23,829 nucleotides of DNA from Myxococcota bacterium. Lineage in GTDB: Bacteria; Myxococcota; JACRCW01. Every line of letters starts with the position of its first letter. Within the stretch, counting starts at the first letter, position 1. The position numbers were made by a program, and so were the translations under genes. A model generated the notes under the pieces. That model was not told where the DNA came from. It ran no database searches and saw nothing but the letters and a program-made list of their open reading frames with translations. Shown here one piece after another: positions 16,044 to 23,829 of the stretch. Location of the stretch: positions 1-23,829 of the forward strand of contig JBFMGU010000166.1 in NCBI GenBank assembly GCA_040752415.1, read 5' to 3'.

Positions 16044-16073
16044 CAGGCGGAACGGACGGAAAGGAGTCCCCTG

Positions 16074-16229
16074 ATGTGTACCCGAATCACGTGTCCCCGT
16101 TGTTCCAAGCCCAGCTACGCCGGTTGCGGAGCCCACGTCGAGCTTGTGCTCGCCAATGTCCCGCCTGAGCAGCGTTGCCGGTGTCGCCAGGAAGCCTCCC
16201 GGCCCAAGCCCCCGCCGCCCTCGCGCTGA
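16074..16229 (+). CDS. Small Cys-rich (zinc-finger-like) protein, 51 aa
   Basis: AAGGAG RBS. MCTRITCPRCSKPSYAGCGAHVELVLANVPPEQRCRC... carries 6 Cys + His in a C-x4-C-x2-C-x7-C-x2-H...C-x-C pattern. Confidence 0.8.
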   Translation: MCTRITCPRCSKPSYAGCGAHVELVLANVPPEQRCRCRQEASRPKPPPPSR

Positions 16230-16232
16230 GGC

Positions 16233-18311
16233 TCAGCTGGCCACGGGCATGTGCGGGCGGACGGAGATGGAGGCGTCCGCGGCGTCGCCCTGCTCGTCGG
16301 TGAGCGTGACGTGGACCTCCATGAGCTGACCATCCACGCGCTCCGGCTCGGCGATGATCAGCGGCCAGCCCACCAGCACGTCGTTGTCATCCTGCGAGGT
16401 CAGGCGGGTGACGGTGCTGCTGGTGCTCTTGTCCCCGTTCACGCGCGTTTCCACGTCGAGCCACACCTTCTCCGGGTCCAGCCCCTGGGAACGCAGGCTC
16501 ATCCACATGTGGTAGCCGCCCTGCGCGCCGCGCACGAGCTCCACGTCCTGCCCGTCGGAGAGCGACTCATAGCGGCTCTCCCCCGTCCCGATCTCGACGG
16601 TGGGCGCCGGCGTCTCCGTCCCACAGCCGCTCATCACCGCGGCCACCAGCGCCACCGCGCCCCGACGACGCGCCCGCAGCAGGCCCAGGCCCACGACGAG
16701 CGCCAGGAAGCCGGCGGGCAGCTCCGCGTTCGGAACCGCACAGGCACACCCGGCGTCAATACGACGGGAGGGACGCGGCTCGACGCCGTTGCGACCGGGA
16801 TGCGCCGGCTCCGGGAGCGTGCGGGCATAGAACTCCGGCGGGATGGGTGACGACGGCGCCACGCAGCGCGCTCCACCCTCACCGTTGACGGCGATGTAGC
16901 CCCGGTCGCAGGAGCAGGTGGGCGTGAGGTTCACCGCCACGCAGCGGCCATGCTCACCACAGCTCGTGGTCAGGCACGGGTCGGCAATCAGCTCGCCGGT
17001 GGCGTCGTCGCGGTCACCGGGATTGACAAAGGACATGCGCGCGTCCTGGCACACCACGGTGCCGGTTCCCGTCGAGGTGGTCATGGGGCGCGCGGTGGCC
17101 TCGGCCAGGCAGGCGCAGCCGGTCCGTCCCTCGGCATCCGTCCGGCACATCCCGCCCGCGCCACAGGTCACAAAGGCGCAGGGGTCCGGCTGCACCGGCG
17201 TGTTGGCCGGGCACATGTCCACGCCGTCGACGATGCGGGAGAGCTGGTGCACGCGGTCCACGTCGCCGAGCTCGGAGCGACGGAAGATGGGGTCGGTGCT
17301 CATCTCCTCCGGCGAGAGGCGCGTGTAGAGCCGCGTCAGGTACGGTCGGCCTTCCAGCACGGAGATGAGCGCGTTGCGGGCGGCCTCCTGGTCCGTGTTG
17401 TTGACGGGAGAGTTGCGCACCTGGTCCAGGAACGGCTGCGTGGCACCAGCAAACTCCGTCACGAAACCGCGGCCTCCCGCCTCGTCGACCTTGCGCGCCA
17501 CCAGCGCGGTCCAGTTGGTGCCGTTGGCGCCCCAGACGTTGTACGGGTCGTAGGTGATCTCGTCGTCGCGGATGCTGAGCGAGGGCCAGTTGGCCGACTC
17601 ATAACGCTGCTCCCCGACGATGGTGGCGAGGATGCCCATCTCCGGCTCCGCCGCGATGGCGGTGAGCCGCACCGGGATCATGGGAGCCTCCCCGGGGAGG
17701 GTGAGCTTGAGGGGTTGGATCTGGCTCACGTCGGCGTCAGGCAGCAGCTTCAGCGCCAGGAACTTCATGCCCTCCGCCGTGTAGATGTCGACGTAGGGCT
17801 CCATCACCTCGGTGATGCGGTACCCGTTGGTGCGCAACCAGTTGACCAGCGCGCTGGAGTCCTGGGATTCCACCACCGCCACGTCGTAGGGACCGACCTC
17901 TTCACGCACGTGCACGGTGACGTCGTCGTTGCGGGTGCCGCCGGCGTTGGGCGGGGGATTGCCGCCGGTGGCCGCGTCCTCCGCGCCCCAGTACCAGCAC
18001 TCCTGCGGCATCATGAACACCGGCCCGGTGTTGGCCGCCAGCGAGGTGAGCGCGAGCTGCGGGAACACCTCCAGGCTCTCCGCGTCAGGCACCGCGCCCA
18101 GGGGCAGCACCCAGGAGAAATCCGCGTCGCCACCGCTGTAGGCAATCTGCACCACCATGGTGGTGGTCCCCGGTCCCATCACGAACAGGATGTGCTCCGC
18201 CGACTGGTCCACCGGCGACCGGGAACAGAAGAAACCACCACACGCCAGCGCATCACGCGCGGGAAGCACCACTGCCAGCGTCGCCGCCAGCGCACCCATC
18301 CAGATTCTCAT
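16233..18311 (-). CDS. DUF2330-type secreted protein with EGF-like Cys modules, internal MYXO-CTERM and C-terminal lipoprotein-like domain, 692 aa
   Basis: Signal peptide ...ARDALA-CGGFFC. VDQSAEHILF, FSWVLP, WLRTNGY, FLALKL, MIPVRLTAIAA and YLTRLYTRLSPEEM..DP motifs. GCAC...FLALVVGLGLL-RARRR at aa ~521-550, then a second leader ending MSG-C563. Confidence 0.9.
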   Translation of the reverse strand: MRIWMGALAATLAVVLPARDALACGGFFCSRSPVDQSAEHILFVMGPGTTTMVVQIAYSGGDADFSWVLPLGAVPDAESLEVFPQLALTSLAANTGPVFMMPQECWYWGAEDAATGGNPPPNAGGTRNDDVTVHVREEVGPYDVAVVESQDSSALVNWLRTNGYRITEVMEPYVDIYTAEGMKFLALKLLPDADVSQIQPLKLTLPGEAPMIPVRLTAIAAEPEMGILATIVGEQRYESANWPSLSIRDDEITYDPYNVWGANGTNWTALVARKVDEAGGRGFVTEFAGATQPFLDQVRNSPVNNTDQEAARNALISVLEGRPYLTRLYTRLSPEEMSTDPIFRRSELGDVDRVHQLSRIVDGVDMCPANTPVQPDPCAFVTCGAGGMCRTDAEGRTGCACLAEATARPMTTSTGTGTVVCQDARMSFVNPGDRDDATGELIADPCLTTSCGEHGRCVAVNLTPTCSCDRGYIAVNGEGGARCVAPSSPIPPEFYARTLPEPAHPGRNGVEPRPSRRIDAGCACAVPNAELPAGFLALVVGLGLLRARRRGAVALVAAVMSGCGTETPAPTVEIGTGESRYESLSDGQDVELVRGAQGGYHMWMSLRSQGLDPEKVWLDVETRVNGDKSTSSTVTRLTSQDDNDVLVGWPLIIAEPERVDGQLMEVHVTLTDEQGDAADASISVRPHMPVAS

Positions 18312-18344
18312 GGTCCACCCTCTTGAAAGAGCCGTGGTTCCAAG

Positions 18345-18360
18345 AGCATGCGCGGTGCCA
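18345..18360 (-). promoter_or_regulatory. Sigma54 promoter of the DUF2330 gene
   Basis: TGGCAC-CGCGC-ATGCT, 33 bp upstream of ATG 18311. Confidence 0.65.
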
Positions 18361-18473
18361 ACACCACACGCCAGGGATCCCGCACACTTGGCCGGGCCGG
18401 GGCGCCTCGGGTTTCCAGCGACGTCAGAAAAGTGAGACGCGGATTCCGGGTTGCCGTTCCATCCGCGCATCCC

Positions 18474-18929
18474 TCACACCGGCAACGCCTCCACCATGCC
18501 GTGGTGCAGCCGGAAATCAAACGGGACGTTCTTCCGTTCCACGTCGTCACGGTCGCGCAGGAGCTCCAGCAGGTCCGTGGACGTGATGAGCCCCACCAGC
18601 GCACCCAGGCTGTCCACCACCGGCACGCAATCAATGCGGTTGTCCAGCATCAGGCCGGCCACGTGGGAAATGCTGGCGCTGGGGAGACACGTGATGGGCC
18701 GGGGCGTCATGGCATGGGCCACCGGGATGGACGGGACCATGATGGTGCCTTCCTCCTGGCGCGCGCGGATGAGCACGTCGCGGTCGGAGAGCACGCCCAC
18801 GAGCCGGTTGCCGTCCAGCACCACCAGGTGACGCATGCGCAGGCGCGTCATCAGCTCCCACGCCGCATCCAGGTCATTGGCGGGAGCAATGCAGACGACG
18901 TCACGGGTCATTGCCGAGCGGGCTTTCAT
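18474..18929 (-). CDS. CBS-domain pair protein, 151 aa
   Basis: GGAGG RBS. MTRDVVCI...RHLVV...LVGVLSDRD and AMTPRPIT...IDCVPVVD...LVGLITSTDLL. Confidence 0.92.
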   Translation of the reverse strand: MKARSAMTRDVVCIAPANDLDAAWELMTRLRMRHLVVLDGNRLVGVLSDRDVLIRARQEEGTIMVPSIPVAHAMTPRPITCLPSASISHVAGLMLDNRIDCVPVVDSLGALVGLITSTDLLELLRDRDDVERKNVPFDFRLHHGMVEALPV

Positions 18930-18964
18930 GAGCACCTCCGAGTCACCGGTCGCGGGGTTGCGAA

Positions 18965-19023
18965 CGCATACGGCGTGCCCACGCAGCGCGGCGACGACGT
19001 GGATGAGTTGCGCAAGACTTGCG
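18965..19023 (-). promoter_or_regulatory. Candidate sigma54 promoter plus upstream palindrome for the CBS gene
   Basis: GGGCAC-GCCGT-ATGCG (18980-18965) and inverted repeat CGCAAG-A-CTTGCG (19011-19023). Confidence 0.45.
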
Positions 19024-19119
19024 AGCACGTGCAGCGACGGGATGGCGCGCCCTGGCATCCAGCTCCAGCGTTGCTCCGGCCGGGCATCCGCGCTTACGGC
19101 GTGGGGCCGCAGCCCTGGG

Positions 19120-20883
19120 TCACGGCGCGCACGCGCTCTCCACGCGGCACCTGGAGGAGCAACAGTCCCCGCTCATGGTGTTGCCGTCGTCGCACTCCTC
19201 GGTTCCCACGCGGAGGAAGTCGCCGCAGACGGGCTCGCACTCACTGGGCGTGCGGCCGCTGCACTCCCAGCCCAGCTCCTCCTGACAGCCCGCTGTGCAC
19301 CCGTCGCCGTTGGCGGTGTTGTTGTCGTCGCAGGATTCGTCCCCGGCGCGGATGCCGTCGCCACAGGTGGTGGTGCACGTGCTGGGCTCACCGTCACATT
19401 GGAACCCCTCCTCCACCAGGCAGGCCTCGTCGCAGCCGTCGCCGTCGCTGGTGTCCCCGTCGTCGCAGACCTCGGTGCCCAGGATGCGGCCGTCACCGCA
19501 CTCGCCGTCGCAGGCGCTCGGCTCACCGCGACAGTCCCAACCCAGCTCCACGCGACAGAAGTCGTCACACCCGTCGCCATCCACGGGGTTGAGATCGTCG
19601 CATTCCTCGTTGTCGGCCAGCGTGCCGTCGCCGCACCAGGTGTTGCACGCGCTGGGACTGCCCACGCAGATGAAGCCACGCTCCGCGAAGCAAGCGCTGG
19701 AGCAGCCGTCACCGGTGAGGGCATTCCCGTCGTCACACCACTCCGCGCCAACCACCACGCCGTCGCCGCAGAGGGATTCACACGCGCTCGGGCTACCGCC
19801 GCACTGCCATCCCGTCTCCAGGAAACACTCCCCGCTGCACCCGTCCCCGTCGCGCGGATTGCGGTCGTCGCAGAGCTCCGGCCCGGCGGTGATTCCGTCG
19901 CCACACATCGTCACGCAGGCGCTGGGCTGCCCGTTGCAGGTCCAGCCGGGCTCCAGGCCGCAGGAGGCGTCGCAGCCGTCGGCGTTGTCGAGATTCGCGT
20001 CGTCGCAGAGCTCCGGACCCGCGGTCAGCCCGTCACCACACAGGGTGGCGCACAGGCTGGGCTCACCGTTGCAGGTCCACCCCGCTTCCGGCGCGCACAC
20101 GTCGCTGCAGCCGTCTCCCGGGGCGTTGTTGCCGTCGTCGCACACTTCCAGGCCGGCCATGGTCCCGTCGCCACAGGCGGGGGCACAGGTGCTGGGTTGG
20201 CCGGTGCAGCTCCAGCCGCGCTCCGTCCCGCAGGTGCTGGTGCATCCGTCCCCGTCGCTGCCGTTCCCGTCGTCGCAGGGCTCGTTGCCCAGGACCAGGC
20301 CGTCGCCGCACACGGTGGCGCAGGCGCTGGGCGCCCCGGCGCACGACCAGCCGGGCTCCGGCGCGCACGCGGCGCTGCACCCGTCGTCACCCGTGAGGTT
20401 GCCGTCGTCACAGGCCTCCTCCCCGTCCAGCGCGCCGTTGCCACACAGGTTGCCTCCGCCGGAGGAGCTGCTGCTGCTGGCCACGCCGCTCGAGGACGAT
20501 GACGACGACGAGGAAGACGACGCGCCCGTGGCGGCGGACTGGGACGAGCTGCTGGACGTGGCCGCGCTGGTGCTGTCTCCGCCGGTTGAGCTGGAGCCCT
20601 GACTGGTGGCGCTGGCGCTGCTGGAGGGCGCCCCGCTGGAGGAGGAGGCGCCGGAGCCGGTTCCACTGGAGTCCGCGCCGCTGGACGACGACGTGCTGCT
20701 CGTGACGTCGGCGCTCGACGAGCTGGAGCCGGCGCTGCTGGTGGGGTTGTTGTCGCCGGGCGCTGCCAGGGGATGGTTGGCGCATTCCGCTCCAGGCGGA
20801 CACGGTGGAGCCAGGGGCTCGCGGCATCCCACGCCCGTGGCCAGGGCCAGCGTGATGCTCCAGGTCAACGCCACGCGTCTCAT
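19120..20883 (-). CDS. Lipoprotein with Ser-rich linker and 10 Myxococcus cysteine-rich repeats (DUF4215/TIGR02232-type), 587 aa
   Basis: GGAGG RBS. Leader [20 protein letters not shown], poly-Ser linker, then repeats CGDG-x5-E-x-CDDGN-x3-DGC-x3-C-x2-E-x-GW-x-C-x-G-x-PS-x-C. Confidence 0.93.
   Translation of the reverse strand: MRRVALTWSITLALATGVGCREPLAPPCPPGAECANHPLAAPGDNNPTSSAGSSSSSADVTSSTSSSSGADSSGTGSGASSSSGAPSSSASATSQGSSSTGGDSTSAATSSSSSQSAATGASSSSSSSSSSSGVASSSSSSGGGNLCGNGALDGEEACDDGNLTGDDGCSAACAPEPGWSCAGAPSACATVCGDGLVLGNEPCDDGNGSDGDGCTSTCGTERGWSCTGQPSTCAPACGDGTMAGLEVCDDGNNAPGDGCSDVCAPEAGWTCNGEPSLCATLCGDGLTAGPELCDDANLDNADGCDASCGLEPGWTCNGQPSACVTMCGDGITAGPELCDDRNPRDGDGCSGECFLETGWQCGGSPSACESLCGDGVVVGAEWCDDGNALTGDGCSSACFAERGFICVGSPSACNTWCGDGTLADNEECDDLNPVDGDGCDDFCRVELGWDCRGEPSACDGECGDGRILGTEVCDDGDTSDGDGCDEACLVEEGFQCDGEPSTCTTTCGDGIRAGDESCDDNNTANGDGCTAGCQEELGWECSGRTPSECEPVCGDFLRVGTEECDDGNTMSGDCCSSRCRVESACAP
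19123..20448 (-). repeat. Coding tandem repeat, about 135-bp unit x10 (last unit truncated)
   Basis: Nine 45-46-aa six-Cys units and one shortened terminal unit, counted in the translation. Confidence 0.9.
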
Positions 20884-20975
20884 GCTTCCTCCAGCACAGC
20901 CGTCCACTTCCGGGGAATGGTCACCGGCGGCCGCCGTCCACGACGTCACCGGGCGCTCTTCGAATGCCAGGGCCG

Positions 20976-22247
20976 TCAGGGTTCCAGCGGGTGGTCGTGG
21001 CCTTCAATCCGTTCGTACAGGTTGTTCTCGATGGACTGATCCGCCGCTTCGACTCCGCTTAGCCCGGTTGAGTCGTTGTCGAAGACCCAGTTGTTGCGCA
21101 CCCGGTTGGCGCGGGCGCCCGAGGCAAAGCGGATGCCCACCAACTCATTGTCATGCGCCACGTTGTTCTCGATGACGTTGTACTGGGTCCCTTCATAGAT
21201 GTGGATGCCGTACTCGTTGCGGTAGCAGTCATTGCCGCGGATGACGTTGCTGGGACTGCCGAAGATGGCAATGCCCCAGCCGCCGTTGTCGTGGCTGCGG
21301 TTGCCCTCCACCACCGACGCGCTGATGTTGAGGTGCAGCATGATGCCGTGCCGACCGTTGTGGCTCGTCTCGTTGTTGCGGATGGTGAGGTGATCGCAGT
21401 TCTTGGAGCAGATGATGCCGTGGGTCCCGTTGTGGTGGACGTGGTTGTTGGCAATGAGGAGGTGGTCGGAGTTGTCATGCGGGTCAATCCCGTAGACCAC
21501 GTTGTGACCCACCTCGTTGCCCACCCACTCCATGCAGTAGGCACCCCAGGTGTAGCTGCCCATGTAGTTGTGGTGGATGAAGTTGTTGTGGACCACGCCG
21601 TAGACCTCCACCTGGTCAAACACCGGTGACATGGACCCGCTCTCGCCGGTGCCCACCACGCGCCACGCCAGCCCGTATGCCGAGTCACCAAAATGACCCA
21701 GGTAGGCAATCTCGCTGTTGCGGATGTCCATGCGTGATTCACGTGGATCGTCGTCGTCCAGGAAGGAGCGCACCGCGATGTGGGCCCGCCCGTCCTCATG
21801 GATGAGGTCCGGGAAGCCCGCGGGCTCATCCCAGCCCAGGACGCGGGTGCTGTTGATGTCCAACCCGCCCCACTCCGCGCGGATGTTCACGTAGCGTTCC
21901 GGGGTGCTGAGCATCCGCAGCTCGTCCACATCACCGCCGATGGCCGAGCCGTGCAGCCGCAGTGTGGCGCCGTCCGACAGGGCGACGTTGGCCCGCAGCA
22001 CCCAGACGTTGTCCGGACCGGGCAGACGCGCCAGGGCGGATTCCGGGACACGTTCGGAGACGTCGGAGAGGGTACAGACCACGTCGTGGCGGAGCTCGAT
22101 GACCAGCTCGGCGGCATGCCACTGGATGTCTTCGTCCTCGCAGGATGGGAGCGAGGCGGGGCTGGTGTTGACCCCGTGGCACACACCTGGAGTCTGGCCA
22201 TCCGTCAGCATGGACAGCGTGAGCAACGCCACCAGGGATGACGTCAT
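20976..22247 (-). CDS. Secreted right-handed parallel beta-helix protein, AlgG-like (mannuronan C5-epimerase family), 423 aa
   Basis: Hydrophobic leader [21 protein letters not shown] motif at 21494-21474 followed by LLIANN...HGII. Asn-ladder beta-helix repeats. Confidence 0.8.
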   Translation of the reverse strand: MTSSLVALLTLSMLTDGQTPGVCHGVNTSPASLPSCEDEDIQWHAAELVIELRHDVVCTLSDVSERVPESALARLPGPDNVWVLRANVALSDGATLRLHGSAIGGDVDELRMLSTPERYVNIRAEWGGLDINSTRVLGWDEPAGFPDLIHEDGRAHIAVRSFLDDDDPRESRMDIRNSEIAYLGHFGDSAYGLAWRVVGTGESGSMSPVFDQVEVYGVVHNNFIHHNYMGSYTWGAYCMEWVGNEVGHNVVYGIDPHDNSDHLLIANNHVHHNGTHGIICSKNCDHLTIRNNETSHNGRHGIMLHLNISASVVEGNRSHDNGGWGIAIFGSPSNVIRGNDCYRNEYGIHIYEGTQYNVIENNVAHDNELVGIRFASGARANRVRNNWVFDNDSTGLSGVEAADQSIENNLYERIEGHDHPLEP

Positions 22248-22700
22248 GGACCTTCCCGTCCGCGCGCAGGTCGGGACCCTGGCGCATGGAGGTTGGAGTC
22301 TCAGCACGAAACCACGAGCCGCGACGCCGGAGGTTTCAGGGGGCGGTAGGCCGTGCTCGCACCGTGGCGGATGGGACCCCGCGCGGGAGCGGGAACGTCC
22401 GCTTCTCAATCAATACCGCTCGGTAGCCAGGCCGCAACTGCAACGTTGGCATTTCCGCTCGACGGAGCCCAGGGATTTGAGATCCGCCGCCGGGCGCGCG
22501 GTAAGGCGAAGCGAGGCTAACGCTGAATTCGCCCAAGACCCATCAGCGCGATCACGGTTCCGACGGTCAGGGGCACCACGGGGCGGATGTTCACGACTTC
22601 CAGGCCACCGCTGCGGGCCGCAACCTCCGACGGGGGTGTCATCCACGTTGTCACGCGCTCAACGCAGCGCGATGTCGCGGGGCAACGGGAGTGCGCCAGC

Positions 22701-23321
22701 TCACTCGGGCAGGATGAAATCAAAGACGGCCACCTTCACTCCGTCGTCGTCGCGCACGCGCATGACCAGCTCCGGGTGGAAGATGCGATCGACGCGGTTT
22801 GTCGGCTCGTCGGGGAAGAACAGCTGCGTGGTCAGCATCGGCCGGCCCGGACCCTGGACCTTGACGTGGATGTGGCGCGTGCGTGGGGGGTAGAGCCCGG
22901 GCACCACGGTCTCCAGCGAGTAGCGGCCGTTCTCGTTGGAGAACTGGTGTCCGCGCAGGCGATAGCCGACGTTGTCGTAGACGCCCTGGTCGTCGGCCTG
23001 CCAGAAGTCCAGCAGCGCGCCCGGGATGGGGACGCAGCGTGGCGTCATCACCGCACCGCTCAGGCGCAGCCGGGTTCCCGTCATCCCGGGCTCCAGCAGC
23101 GAGGTGCGCTCCGGCGAATCCGGGGTGAAGAACGGGCCTTCCGTCATGGCGGGCGTGGGCTCGTCGGGATCACGACACTCCGGCGTTGGTGAAGCCCAGG
23201 CCTCCGCACTGCACGCCATGGTCACACGCGTGAGGATCACCGTCGCTGGAATGGCGAGCGACGCCCCCAGCAGCTCACGTCGGGTCCACGCCGGCTTTGC
23301 TCGCGATTCCGTCCGCGCCAT
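22701..23321 (-). CDS. Intradiol ring-cleavage dioxygenase-like protein with Tat signal, 206 aa
   Basis: TRRELL twin-arginine leader. TEGPFF, LDFWQADDQGVY, LRG and PGLYPPRTRHIHVKV (2 Tyr + 2 His Fe ligands), TTQLFFP. Confidence 0.92.
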   Translation of the reverse strand: MARTESRAKPAWTRRELLGASLAIPATVILTRVTMACSAEAWASPTPECRDPDEPTPAMTEGPFFTPDSPERTSLLEPGMTGTRLRLSGAVMTPRCVPIPGALLDFWQADDQGVYDNVGYRLRGHQFSNENGRYSLETVVPGLYPPRTRHIHVKVQGPGRPMLTTQLFFPDEPTNRVDRIFHPELVMRVRDDDGVKVAVFDFILPE

Positions 23322-23760
23322 GCCCAGGCCACCGTGCCATTCCGGGCCCCCGGCGGGCGGTTCCGTCGGTGGCCGCGAGTGATGCCTAGCGGTCAGCCCG
23401 CGCGTGCGCATCCCGCGTTGTCACGGCTGGTGCGCCATGGCCTTTGCGCGGTGGGGGCGAGGCGTGTGGGGTTTGAATACGCGTGGTTGAACGGGCTGGG
23501 TGCCGGCGGGGAAGACCACGTGATGCACTTCGCGGATCCTGAGTCCCATCTGGTCACCTGACGTCGTCACCGCAATGTTTCCGGAGCAGTCACGCCGGTG
23601 GTATCCAGCCGGTATCCAGGGCGTGAGCCGACGCCGCAGCCGTAGGGGCTAGGCATTTCCATGTCGTGGCAGCGACGAGAACGGAAGGAATTGTCTAAGT
23701 ACCTGGCCAGAAGTTCTTGCACATATGTGGAGGAGCTCCGGTGAGCCCGGACAGCCCGAG

Positions 23761-23790
23761 CCAAAGCGGTATTTCAGACCGCACTCCCAA
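23761..23790 (-). repeat. REP-like element (GGAG class)
   Basis: Minus strand reads GGAG-T-GCGGT-CTGAAAT-ACCGC-TTTGG. Shares GGAGTGCGGT...ACCGC with the arms of the 8433-8717 repeat. Confidence 0.7.
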
Positions 23791-23829
23791 AGGTGCGGGC
23801 GCCGCGAGTGCCCTCTCTTCGGATTGCCC

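Noticed and set aside
521..20602. Long antisense or alternate-frame ORFs (e.g. 521-2266, 5132-6643, 8859-10790, 10747-12447, 18835-20502, 19295-20602)
   Set aside because: High-GC shadow ORFs overlapping well-supported genes; low-complexity translations with no recognisable motifs.
20976..22247. Calling this gene algG or nosD
   Set aside because: No alginate or nos operon context; only family-level similarity is supported.
22248..22700. Short ORFs or ncRNA in the 450-bp gap
   Set aside because: No convincing RBS, motif or strong secondary structure that I can support by eye.
23334..23764. ORFs 23334-23561 (+) and 23567-23764 (-)
   Set aside because: No RBS or recognisable domain; more likely promoter/intergenic DNA or a decayed fragment.

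Overview
This is a GC-rich bacterial chromosomal segment, most likely from Myxococcota. That call rests on a MYXO-CTERM-like motif, Myxococcus Cys-rich repeats, a DUF2330-type protein and several sigma54-like promoters. It holds about 24 real CDSs; most other ORFs in the six-frame track are high-GC shadows. Recognisable genes are the 3' end of ogt, an SDR epimerase, an MMPL/RND exporter, a DAGK-family kinase, a TMK-like kinase/methyltransferase fusion, fhs, a Gre-like factor, TetR, UspA, a CBS protein, an AlgG-like beta-helix protein and a Tat-exported intradiol dioxygenase. No rRNA, tRNA, CRISPR array or transposase was seen. The most unusual items are: (1) a DUF2330 protein whose MYXO-CTERM anchor runs in frame into a second, lipoprotein-type signal peptide and domain, an apparent two-protein polyprotein; (2) an MMPL + degenerate lipid kinase + kinase-methyltransferase cluster, possibly an undescribed lipid modification/export system; (3) a 93-bp inverted repeat built from GGAG-type REP units (REPIN-like), with a related REP at the right end; (4) divergent sigma54 promoters sharing TGAAACA palindromes, driving a Cys-tailed UspA and a 51-aa Cys-rich protein; (5) a pair of matching TetR operators. 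All family assignments come from recognising motifs by eye; no database searches were run.
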